Assembly: GCF_964355755.1 (NCBI RefSeq)
Contig: NC_092673.1
Location: forward strand, 3,968,001-4,032,000
Direction: 5' to 3'
DNA length: 64,000 bases
DNA from: Antedon mediterranea
Lineage: Eukaryota > Animalia > Echinodermata
A program made the translations under genes and the position numbers. Positions 1-13,100 of this stretch are shown in pieces. A model generated the notes under the pieces. That model searched no databases and was not told where the DNA came from. It was given only the letters and a program-made list of their open reading frames with translations. Every line of letters begins with the position of its first letter. Within the stretch, counting starts at the first letter, position 1.

Positions 1-363
1 TTTTGGCCTCTTATTGTTTATCGACCTAGGTCTCTTTTACGATTTACCAAATATGGTAACGATAACTAAAGTTGTATACTGAGCCTATATGGATGCATAG
101 ATTACTTCTTTTGCATAAATTACCATCTCTTTCAGTTTACAAAACAAAAACTTGTCAAGTATTGCACAAGACACTCAAACGAGTGAATGCGCTGCTTACA
201 CAGCATTTAAACATATAAACCAATCTGTATTGACAATATACTGATTTCCAAAACTCTCATACCCTTGTTACCCTTATGTATACGGACGTTGCCCAAACTG
301 CCTATTTATTTCAACCACAGTACGCATTCAGTGTGAAAACCAAGCAATTATAGTTAGTCTTCA

Positions 364-3300
364 TTAACCTGGACTAGCTTCCTTTATCGTTGCTTGTACT
401 GCAACATGGTCTGAGCTAGCCTTGCGATTCCATTGCTCATCGTTTAACAGAGAAATGTCTTTTATTTCAAGATGTTTTGGTAAACGAACAAATATATAAT
501 CAATCTGTAAAAAAAGTTTTGGTATTAATTATATACGTAGCAAGCATTATAACTTTTTTTGATAGATGAGTGGAGTTATGGCTTGGTGGTTATGATGCTT
601 GGCTACAAATCCAAGGGTCCTGTCATGTCAGGATTTTTTTAAATGACAAATTACAACTCCACTCCCAAAGACTTGTAATAAGACTTTGTTTATGTAGAGC
701 ATCTTGTGTGTTTGTCTTCTGAACCAGATTGCCACCTCTAGGAAGGATAGTGAATGAATTTGCTTATGGTTATCTTTGGCAATTTGCCTAAATAAATAAA
801 AAGAACAAAATGTACTTACACGTTTCCTAAGATGTTTATCAAGTCTGTTAAATGTAAGACCATCATCCCTTTTCTCATTTCCTTGGTATACACCAGGGGT
901 ATCAGGCCTAAAGAAAAAATATGCAAGTTCAAATAATGTTCAAAATGTTACCTTGCCCATGCACAGTTATGATTTGATCGAACTGCTCCCACAATTTCTT
1001 GTGATAGTACTGTGGTAATTAATTCTATTGTGTTTTAAAAAGCCTTGGGTGTGATATGCCAATGATGTTGTGATCGTGTGGTAAAATGGTAGCTCAAATG
1101 TACAATATTTTTATGGCCTAAAGCTCTGTCTACACTATCGAACTTTATGTGGCAAAAAAGTGTGATGTGCTCATATATGGAGGTGGTATGCCCAAATATG
1201 GTAGTGATATGACATCATCATGTCCATTATGGGCACATCACATTTTTTTTGTCACATAAAGTTTGATAGTGTGGACAAAGCTTAATAATGGTTAACAAAT
1301 TACCTTGGTTCCTTGTAGAACACTCTCCATGCGTCTTTCAATTCACTTGTCCACACACCATTAATATCAGTTTTACCAGATAAAAACCTGAAAGACATTT
1401 GATTGATTGTATTCATTTGGTTCACATCAAATCCTCAAGTATAACAAACAAATGATAATATCTTAACAAGTACTACAATATCCATATGGCTAGGGCCTAT
1501 TTAAAGGGTTCTGTCTGTATGTATGGCTCTAACTTGAATTGCACTATGTAATTACTTTAATGCTTACTGTATAGGCTTGCTGTGTGGTTCATCATTGAAA
1601 TCTCCTAATAGGATAGCAGGTCCTTTAACTGCACTAATATAATTCCAGATTTCCAAGACAGATCTCAGCCTAGCAGATGCACTGAGTGAAAGGTGGGTCA
1701 CAAACACATGAACCTAAACATTATAAAAGGGTGTAAGAAAATAGATATCGATCATCCATATTAAAAGGTTAAACATTTTTCAACACGAAAGAGAAAGAAG
1801 GAACAGATTATGTATTAACAATTGCCAAGTGTATAATGTAAAAATGCTGTATTGTAAATAAACGTGGGGCACAAGAGGTAAGGGGAAAATGTTTTTGAAT
1901 TTTATGGCATCAATTATCATAGTAGACTGTTCTAAAACTTTGTGTCAAAAAGACTTTTAAGCAGACACAGGATTTTGAATGTTTAACTATTTAAGTAAGA
2001 TCATGGATAAACTAGAATCATACAGGAGGAATTACATTTTTTCTTAGTGGAGTTAAGAGTTGCGAGTTACAACCCTGGCACTAGGTAAGGATTGAACCCC
2101 AGACCTTGGGATTAGAAAGCAAGCATGTTAACCACCAAGCTACAGCTCTACATTAACTTACAGCACCAATATCAGGAATAATAATCTCAGCTCGGAGACA
2201 GATTCTTTGATGGACAGAATCATCGGCATCTGAAAAATTCCTTAAAAAAAGGAAACTTTATGTGAAAAAAAAATTTGATGTGCCCATATATGGACAAGAT
2301 GTCATACCACTACCATTTAAGCATCACTACCATACCATCACTACACAAATTTCAACCCAGCCTAATTGCGCCACCCTAGCTACATCTTTGAATTAATAAT
2401 AAAAAATTAAATACAAAGTTTGGGAATGGATTTTATACATCTCGGTAAATTGAGGTAACTATTATTGACATATTTAGTACCTTGATAATAGGATATAGTC
2501 ATGTGCTACAATAGGATGTTTGGAAAATATCGCTAAACCTTCTTCAACTCTTACTAGATCCTGTGAGAAATAGGAAACGGCGGGTTGGTACACAAACTGT
2601 AGTAAAATAAAGTGAATTTTAAAATTACTGTAAGATTACTGTAAATTTGATTTTTTGGTTTTTGTCACCAACTATAACATTAATGACCACAACCTCTATC
2701 CCATACTTTGGGATACATCAATTCAGGGAACATCCCTATTAAGGGTTATTCACATCTGTTCCAGCGCCGGCAAATCAAATTGAATGCAAATGTTTCGTTT
2801 TCACAATGCTCCATGAGGCCATGCGCCAAACGATATGCGAGTAGCCGCGTGAAAACAACACCTTGACGTTCAATTTTATTTGGACCGAAAATGTGACAAA
2901 CTAAAAAAGGTAATATAATAAAGTGCAATGAAATATAGTCTTGTCGAAATGATGGTGATGATTGTAACACCTGATATGTAAATTCCATTTACTTACCTGG
3001 TAGCCAGGTAAATAGTTAGCAAGGTGTTGCACCTGAGCGGGTCCAAGTTCCTTCCCATTTAATTGGTCAAATCGAACTTCCTGAAACCCTATAATATCAC
3101 TTTGACTGCCTGCAACCAACTGTACAGTAATATAAGTAATATATTTATATAATAATAGTTTTAATATATAACTGTATAGCATTATAACATACTGTATTTA
3201 AAAAGAAATTGGAACATTTTTATTTAATTTAATAATTTCAGTTGTCCTTGTTCTTACTACAATAGAACCCCTTATTTAGGATATTCTTAATATGGGCCAC

Positions 3301-5965
3301 TTTTTTGGGTCCTGGGGGTGTGACCTCAAATGACATTTTCAAAATATGACCGTACAAAATGGTTATTGTTGATATTTGTAATCAATGTGGAGGCCAATTA
3401 ACACACACGCAGTAACAGTATGCGGAAAACAGTTGTCCCATGTAGAATCTGTATCTATCCCAAGCGGAAATTACCCGTCTGCTAGACGTTGTGTGTAAAT
3501 GGTTTATTACGTTACTGCTCGTGTGTAAATTGGCCTTTATGCCATAGAGACATTATATTTTTCACTATAATAGGGGGTTTTCGCAACCTTACGAATACAT
3601 TAACGAAAATGGATACGTCACGCACAAGTATTCGTTTTTCGTAAGCCAGTAAAAATCTGTTTCGCATGGCAACGAAATGACTGCGGTAAATTGCAGGTAC
3701 GTGCTGCTTGGTGCTTTGCTGCCTAGGCCTAGCGTAACATCAAAGCGAGTGAGGACTTTAAAAACTGTTATTTATCAAAATTGACCTGGCATTTTAGTAA
3801 ATTACTTTAGTAAATTACTTTCAACAAAAGTATAATTATATTATAATCATGAATCATTCCTGATTCAAATGCAAAATAGATCAAAAACTATACTCGTTTT
3901 GTAGTCACGAATATGGCTGGTGATATTTGTCAACACGAATACGCTTTACGAATATGAAATGGGGATCAGCTCAAAAGTTTCACAAATGTGTGACGTATCT
4001 GTTTTCGTTATCGTATTCGTAAGGTTGCGAAAACTCCCTATTATCTCTATGCCAAAACATATCATAACTATAGATTATACTCACAATGCCTAGTTGATTC
4101 ATTCTTCTGACATAATAGTTAGGATTATTTTCAAAACTATTAAAATTCCAAATGTTATACGATAAAATTTGTAAATGTCTTTGCGCTTCAGTTGACGGAA
4201 CTTTCCAATGAGAATTCAAATAACTTTCCGATTTGTGACATCCATCCCCTAAAGATAATGGATTCTTCCTGAGAATACTTGAAAACGATTTGCTAGATGG
4301 AACCACATGACCATCACCCAAGCTACTTGATTGGTCAATAATAGTAATATGATCATCAGTAGTTTTACTAGCCTTGTTTATTTCCGAACTGGAATTTATG
4401 CATATCCTTGAGTTTGTTTCATAAAATGTGTGTTGAAAAATAAATAAACGGTGAGCACGATCTTTTGTTATTAATAATTCATGAAAGTAAGAACTGTTGC
4501 TCCATGACAGAGCAAGTCTATAATTAAGTCCAACTATTGCACGTTTTGTTTGTATTTTCTGTTTTCCTTTTTCAATGAGGTATTCCTTCTTGACATAGCG
4601 AGTAGCACCATTTACTGTGTAATGCAACTTCTATGAAGAGCAGAATTAATAACTAGCATAAATAAACAAACAGATTATATTGTGTTTTGAGACCAATCTT
4701 AATATGGCTCTTATAGGTTTGTTTCTTATAGGTCTGCTGTTGTAAATAAGTCATTTTCTCAAAAAAAGCTTGGAAATTCCGGAAAAGCTACAGAATACAA
4801 GTTTATCCATCAAGAGATGGCATCGGAAGATATAGCTGAATGTAAAATTCAATCTATTCATGGATTTAAACAAATGTATGTCAAGAAAGAAAGGCATCTA
4901 TGAATAATAAATAAACTGGCTCTTACTTCTTTATGTATACCAAGAATATCAGGTTCCGAGTTCAAACCATTGTTTGCTACTAAAGACTCATATTTTCTTG
5001 CTTTCTCTTTGGCAAACTGAAATAAGACAAATTATATAACAATATATAGTATATACAGTATATCTATCAATGAATTTCTATATTTTACTGCTATTAGTAG
5101 CCTAATATTGGGAATAGACTGTATTACTATTAATAGGTTTTTTGCAGGATGAGCTCTCAAAAAATTTTGCTGCAGTATCTCAGGGTTTTTACTTAATGTT
5201 ACTTAAATGTAATAGTCACATACTTGAATAACCTCTGCAACATCAGGGTGATTGTGGTCCACTTCATCTATATGCTCTCCAAGAATTCCTCCATATAAAA
5301 TGCTGCTTTGCATAACTGAAATACAATGAGATATAATTAAACAAAAAGTTACAATATTAAAATAATTGAAACAAGAAAAAAAAAACATTATTTAGGCCTA
5401 GGCCTAGGCTATAATGACAATGTGGATGTAAAGTTTCCTATCAGCACAGACTTCACTGTTTTATGTTGGCACTAATGATTGTGGGCATCCAATTTATATC
5501 ATAGTACTGTACTATAATAATTGAATAATTGATATATGATTAACCATGATTGTTCAAATTTCAAATTGCGCAAATCGTTCAACAATCCATTTGCAACAAA
5601 CAAAAGCATTATCCATCACAAACAATACATAATATAGGCTACACTCAATCTATTTACCGTACTTACATAGTCAGTTAGGCCGAGGCCTGAGCTTAGTTGT
5701 TGGATAGCTTACCTACTAATCAGATACTAGGGTAGGCCTCGGACACTCAAGATTACCGCTAGTATATTAGGTCTAGGCCCTGGCATATACTAGGAAAAAT
5801 TATAAGGAAGTGATCCAAGAAGTTACAGTACTTCTTTTCTAGACTTAATTAATATTCTATAATGACACTTAGTGGATACAAAAAAATCACAACTTGTTAA
5901 TTACCTCTAAATAATGAACACAACAAATAAATAATGAGGTTATGCCTCAAATAGGTAATAAACAT
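364..5965 (-). CDS. Secreted endonuclease/exonuclease/phosphatase (EEP, DNase I-like fold) family protein, ~521 aa, 11 exons
   Basis: In-frame GT-AG exon chain 5965-5905, 5315-5224, 5016-4927, 4630-4085, 3119-2997, 2596-2481, 2240-2162, 1713-1568, 1387-1304, 907-820, 504-364. EEP motifs LSYNIWN, DIIGFQEV, EGLAIFSKHPI, VFVTHL, LLGDFN, RIDYIF and SSDHVAV occur in order; hydrophobic N-terminus MFITYLRHNLIIYLLCSLF. Confidence 0.85.
1122..1282. mobile_element. Tourist/PIF-Harbinger-like MITE family A
   Basis: TIR AGCTCTGTCTACACTATC.AAC; TAA on both sides. At least 10 copies in the window. Confidence 0.8.
3391..3536. mobile_element. Short MITE (Harbinger-like)
   Basis: AGGCCAATTAACACAC..GCAGTAAC / GTTACTGCTCGTGTGTAAATTGGCCT inverted termini. 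Confidence 0.5.
3572..4039. mobile_element. MITE with ~28-bp TIRs and AT flanks (ISL2EU-like)
   Basis: AT|AGGGGGTTTTCGCAACCTTACGAATAC ... GTATTCGTAAGGTTGCGAAAACTCCCT|AT. Confidence 0.7.
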
Positions 5966-6197
5966 CTTATATAAGCATGATCTGCCAGGCTCTAGGCCTA
6001 GTTTTTTGGATGAATGTACTGGTATAAATGAATTGCTGACATATTGAGGGCGCTTTATAAAGTAACTTCTATCCCATAATTCCTACCAAAATGTTACACA
6101 TATTTTGCCAAAGTGGTTACATTGCTAACATATTGAGGGCGCCTTTTCTCTGACTCAATTGTCGTATTCGATTGGAGAACTTTCCTCGTCACAACGT

Positions 6198-6627
6198 AAA
6201 GATTCGTTGAGTACTTTTTGTATTCGAATTGTAAATTTGTGCTCAACAGAAAGTCATTCGAATAGAAAACGTTGACAACGAAAGCTTTTTCGTTAAGAAC
6301 AATCTCAACGCTCAAAATACTCCGTTAAAGAAGTACTCAACGGAAAAACTACTCAACGGTACACTCGAATACGACGAATTATATCTATGAATTTCAAAAT
6401 GTTACACAGTTTTAGACGGAGAGGTATAGGTTTAGGTTTTTTATATTTTTTATATTATAGTAAAGATTCGTTGAGTACTTTTTGTATTCGAATTGTAAAT
6501 TTGTGCTCAACAGAAAGTCATTCGAATAGGAAACGTTGACAACGAAAGCTTTTTCGTTAAGAACAATCTCAACGCTCAAAATACTCCGTTAAAGAAGTAC
6601 TCAACGGCAAAACTGTACTCAACGGTG
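6198..6627. repeat. ~165-bp direct duplication upstream of the EEP gene
   Basis: AAAGATTCGTTGAGTAC...CTCAACGG at 6198-6360 and 6462-6627. Confidence 0.85.
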
Positions 6628-7145
6628 AAAGTCTAAATCGAATACGACAATATAAATGCGACTACAAGAACTATTCAGTGACAAAAAAGATTACTCTCAT
6701 TTTATGCAGTTAAAATATTTTATTCAATTTAAAGCATACTTTTGTTATTACTGTATTTTATTTACAAAATATATAGTTACCTTTCATTATTCACAAATTA
6801 TCTTACCAATGTTTTAAAAGTGTATTGTATAAAAGCAAGGAGCATCTTTATTTGCCTTTTTCTAGAAACTGCCTGTTAAAAAAGTAATGTATGCTGAGAG
6901 GTCCAAGTCTGCATCTGTTTCAAGGCTGGCCTAACTTTGTAGAGTACATAAACTTATACTGACCCAGATCGTAAGTGTAAATTGGGTCAAAGTGAGCCGC
7001 CGACAACTACATACCAATTTCAGATTATCATAAAATAAATATTACATTTATTATTTTTACTAATATAAATAACAGAATCAAATAAGCATATCTGCACTTA
7101 TTTATCAATATTAAAATTGTTATTCAAATTGTTTCCAGATTAAAA

Positions 7146-10100
7146 TCATTCGTCCACCTTGCTAGAGGTACTAAGCAGCTGAAAGCCTTGTCCATGAAGT
7201 AATATATAAACCTTTTCTCTGTAAAATAAAATACAAAAATGTACAGCTATTTGCAAGTACAGATAAAACGTAAAAACAGCAGATCCTTTTTTTCTAATAT
7301 TTTAAAAAGTGTTAAGTATCTTTACTCACCCTATTATGGTTACATTTAAGCCTGATGTATCTGCAACATGTGTAAATTCCGAACCAATAAGTTTCATCTA
7401 ATAAATATATAAAATAATTATTTAAAATGCTACCAATGAACTCGCCTCATAGGTTATAGATAGGATAGCACATTCAATATTAGAGCTTCGGTACCAACAC
7501 AAGAGGGTGCTATTATACAGATATTGACTGCTTAGAGGTTAAATATAAGATTTGACATCCCCGAGGGAATGATATTAAGTTCGAGGGAATATAGGCCTAT
7601 ATTTCCCAAAGCGCCAGCTGAGGGAAATATATATTCCCCGAGAACTTAATATCATTCCCGAGGGGATGTCAAATCTTATATTTAACCGATATAAAAGGCA
7701 ATATCTGTTATATTATATAGCCAACAACAAGTCTGCTGGGTTGGGTGAAGCTAGGAGGCCTCCTTCCTATAGTATTTGTATTGTATTTAAACAAGCCTGC
7801 CTAGACACCTTACCTTGCGAAGAATAATATACAGATAATTACTAATTAATGATTCCTTGGCAATAAAATATTCACTTAGGCCTAGGTCGTTGAAATTAAC
7901 AGAAGAATTTCCATCAATAAGCCTATTAAAAATAATAATATTATAATCAGGTAGGACTAGGCCTAGGCCGAATAAACAATTCGTCTTCTTCTCGATCTTC
8001 GAGGAGCCGAATCACCGGATGTTCAGCGCGTACTAGTTGCTAAGTTACTACCGTGAGTATTGACCAATCACAAACGGTGTTTCATCACATTTAGGGTGGA
8101 CTAATAACAAATGAGGGCGCTATGTATGCATAGTTTAAATAGTTTAGATGATTAATTTCTTCAAGCAAGCTACAATGGCGCAGCGGTTGGAGCGTTGTCT
8201 TGCGATGGAGTGACAATTCCACCCGAGTTCAAGATCGAGTAGATGACTTTTGTTTATTTATCGGCAACGCGAGTGTTGGTACACGAAAATTACACAGTCA
8301 ATATCATCGTACTCGAGAATCTATATGTTTAATGACAGGAGACACGATAATTACGCGAAAATTACACAGTCAATATCATCGTTCTCGAGGATATATACGA
8401 TTTACGATCCTCGCAGCGGTAGTCATGTGATGCAGTTTCAACCAATCACGTTCGCGTATTTACATAGGCTATGTAATATATAAATATATTTCCTAATACT
8501 GAGTGCACAGTTTAACCGCATTTTACCAGTGTTAATAATGGAATTACATATTTTAAATTTGAACACTTACTTTATTGTGATTTATTTTCCAACTATTGAG
8601 ACGTTGATCTATAGACGATGATAACAAATTGTGTTTATCTAGAAACTTCACACCTAAAATAAGTTAAAAACAAATTATTTAGAAGAAATTGACATGAAAT
8701 GGTGGATAGATAAAAGTATTTACAATTTAGACTTACATTTATAAGGACAAATCTCTCACCTGAGATTAGGGTTGCATGGGCTGAAGGAATACTAAAAGAA
8801 TCACCCACATCAAATTTGATGTGTCCATTTTCTTGAATTCTGACCTTCAATATGGTAACATGAATTGCATTATCATCACCACCACTTGCTAATAAATAAT
8901 CAGAGCCTGAAAAAAATAAATGTTGATGTATATATTCAGGATTTTAAAGGCAAGCATTTTGCTAAAACTGAAATAATCACACGGTTATTTTTTTATAAAA
9001 ATCATTACCTGTATTTACAATGTCCATTGTATTGATTCCGGATTGATGTATTCTCTTTGTAAAGAGTGGTTTATGATTTTCTTCAATACCTGATGCACCT
9101 GTTATATCTACATCTTCCTTAATTTGAACACTGCTGCTACTACCAGCAGACATTGCTTTTTCTAAATGCCTTTCAGCATGTTCAGAACTCTCTGGATTCA
9201 TTAATTCATCTTTAGTTAATTTATGCAAATTAAAATTAGATTCTAATCCTTTACAAGAAATGTCATCTTTTGAAGAACAAGAATCTTCTGAATAAAATTT
9301 ATCCTCATTTGATCTTTGACATTTGTCAACACCAGAATGGTAGGTATAAATTAAGTTGGTGATGTCCCACAATGCAACTCTTCCATCTGTCCCAGCTGAG
9401 CAGACGACTACCGCATTGCCTTCTGGGAGTTTGTGAATGATTTGAGTTAGAGACAGTAGACAAACATTATGCCAAGAGGATGACCATATATTTATGAATG
9501 TCTTGTGAACTTCACTGAAGTTAAATAATCTATAAAACAACATAAAGACACCAAAATTATAACTTTGGTCAATATGGGTTATTTCTTAACAATTATTCTA
9601 TTAATAATAAATAAATAATAACTATTAAAAATTAAGATATCTATTATAAAGGAAAATATCTCTATTACTCTCTCTATTAATAGTGATATCTCTAAAAAAA
9701 GAATTATTTTTTTCAAATTAAGATTATTTCTGAATTTAAAAACAATTAAACAAACAAATGTTACCGTATAAATCCGTCAGATGCTGCTATAGTTAGAAAT
9801 TGATTGTAATGTGGAAGGGATTTATCTACGTCTTGTGCGGACGTAACTTGAAGCGCCATGTAGCGTGTATCTGGGTCCAATGGTTGTCTCTGTCTCATTC
9901 GTTTGCGTCTTTGCTTAGCATCCAGCGTGCCATACGACGCAAGAAGGGATACAGTACAGGCAGATTCCAGGTTTTCCTGTCAATACATATAATAGTTAGG
10001 GATGTTAGGAAATGTCACCTCACTCAATAGAGTTGGTAAATTACATAAGGAATTATATGCGAGAAGGCTTGAGTTCAAGACCTGTTTGTGTTGTATTGTC

Positions 10101-13100
10101 TGTGTACTTTGACAATATGCTTTATTTTTGTTTTAAACTTTGGATAGTATTTTCTGCAGAATTGTCTTCTTGTGTGCACTGAATGCTTGTCAGTATACCG
10201 TAAAGGGGAGTCCCGTGTTCTCTGAACGTAAAAGAATGAGCTGTTAGGAGCTCATTGTACTAAGCCTCGGCATTATGTGGTAGAACGTAGGGGAATGAGC
10301 TGTTAGGAGCTCATTGTACTAAGCCTCGGCATGTATGTGGTAGGGTGGCCAGTTCCTTTCCACGCCGCCTATTTTTCTCCCTAGTATTTTCAACCAGGTA
10401 CTCATTTACAGCTGAGTGGACTGGGAGTTGTCGGGAATTGAACCCGGGTCTATCTGTATGACAGTCAAGTGTCCTAATCAACTAACTAATTTTCTTATAA
10501 GCTCCTCTTTTCTGCTCCAAATTCCTCTATTATTTATTATCATTTACAAAAGTAAACAAATATGAAAAGAAAATCAAACTTACTGCATTATCCTTTATAA
10601 CAAGTCTCCAACATTTGATGCTGCATCTACCTCCAACAGAAAATAACAATTTCTCCGCTTCTTCTCTTTTATTCTGGCATTCATGCTTCTTTATCCCATG
10701 GCTATAATGCGATTCACAGATAGCAAGGTCTCTAACACTAGAAATATGGTCTTGTAATGTTTTTATAACTACTGCTTTAGATGTTTTGCCTATTCAAATA
10801 TTAAGGAAAGAAGTAGTGAAATGAAAATGAATTGGGGAACAATGAATCTTTGGAACACGTTGAAAACTGAACAATTCTTCAGGAACTTCACGTAATGATC
10901 CTTCCGCAATGAATCAATGTGAAAAAGCAGCCATCAGAAGCAACAAGATGCATCTTCCGTCTCAAGGAGGACCGATGATAGCTTATGAAGATGACATAAT
11001 AATGTTAACGTTCTTTCTTAACTAGATAGTTAGCATGCCTGTACAATTTTCATTTATAGTGTTTTATACTCTACTATGCAAGGCTGACACTGAATTTATT
11101 TGTCTGGTTAATGTAATGTCTAAAAGTGAGAACTATATTATATATCATTTTTTTTGCCAAGCAAATTTAAAAAGGATACAATCGACAGCTACAATTTTGA
11201 CCATTGTATCTTCACTCCCAGTGGCCATGAGAAGGTAACCAATACCTAAAATGCAAATATTAATGATAATGACTATCTGTATACAATTCTTTATGTTTAA
11301 ACCAGTAATAAATATGTATGTATTTTTTAATGACTGGTTTAACATAAATAATTGTAAACAGATAGTTATTTTAATACTCAATGGCAATACCAAGTTTACA
11401 AACTAAAATGTGCACATTACTTTTTGAATAAGAATATAAATAAATAAAATACCTTTTACATTGATTCTTTCAAGAAACTTAGCACATGTCAACTCCCTTC
11501 CATGTAGACTATCCTACAATTAATGAAAATAAATGGGGCGTCAACATGGGTTTTGTATGGTGAGCCCCAGTGTGTGTAAACTTCAGAATTTTGGTAAGCA
11601 ATGCGAAAGGGGTATTATTTGACAAATAAAAGTGTGGCCGAGGAACCATCATTACGTAGCCATAACATCAGCAAGTGTTCGAGACTCACTACATGGTTCT
11701 GGTGGTAGAACAAGTCTGCTCAGATAAGGACTATAAACCGTAGGTCCAGTGTACACATTTATCTTATGTGCACTTTAAATATTCTAGCACATCTTTCGAG
11801 ATGAGTAGTGAGTTACCTTAATGTACTAGTATATCACAGCCACTGATCATAACTGGGCCCTCTGGGAGACCAGTCTGAAGAGGTTACCCAGTATATATAA
11901 AATATTTCAAATCGATTCCATAATATATTAAGCAAACCTTAAGAATAAGTTGCTTCTGTAATCCTGTCTGTTTACATAAGAATACATCTCTGGCTTTAAT
12001 AAAGGCAAAGCAAGAAATGTTCTCTAGTTCAGCGTATCCCCAGGTTCGATGACCTCCACCGCAATCTACTTGAAATAATGTCTGATTCTGACTGACAGAC
12101 CAAACCACAAAGTGAGTCTAAAACAATATCAGCAAAACAGTTTTACTTTAAATTCTTAAGCTCTGTCTACTCTATCAAAAGTGTGATATTCCCAAATATG
12201 GTGGTAATATGCCCAAATATGGTAGTGATATGACATCATCATGTCCATATATGGGCACATCACATTTTTTTGTCAAACATTAAATTTGATAGTGTAGACA
12301 GAGCTGTAAATACCGGAAATATAACATATAAATACAAATAAAAGTCCATAACATTATCATGGGCCCTAGCTATGAATGAAAATGAATAAATAAATACTTC
12401 TCTTACTAAACAAAAGGACGAACGAAAGGAAAAAACCATTAACATTTTTTTTTTAATAAACTAAACAAGTACTTACTGTATGGAATCCCAGAACTTGCAT
12501 TTCACCATTTTCTTTAATGAGTATTTTTTCAATCCATTCAAAACCTTTGTAAACCTTATTAGTGTTCATAACTTGTAAGAAATTATCGTGGAACTGATAT
12601 TCTTTATACGTGCCATCTCGTCCGGTACTATATACGTTGTTGTTATGGCAACAAATGTCAGTTACCCCTACTTTACCGTGAACCCCTCGTAGCGTAGTAA
12701 CAGGCTGAATTGGCTGAAGCACAAAAAAAAAAACATTGTATTGTATTGGAGGGGGAATAACTAGTTCAAATTAATTCATCTACATTCCACTTTTCATAAA
12801 GATATTGTCCCCTGAAAAATAATTTTTCTTAATTTTGTTGTTGAATATGTCACTCTAATGTCACATAATAGTTATTCACTTTGACCAAATATTGGATTGA
12901 GAAAAAATATTTACCTGAAAAAAATAGTAAAATTGTCTGTCAGTGTCAGACAATTGGTTTTTTTTTGGTCTTTTTATAAGTGAAAACATTATTTGATTTT
13001 GATTTTTTTTCTATGGAAGTGATTATCTTTATAAAAACTACAAAATGACCTATTCAAAGTTTTAATGAATCTTTATTTTTCAAGTTTCTGGGGAACATAT

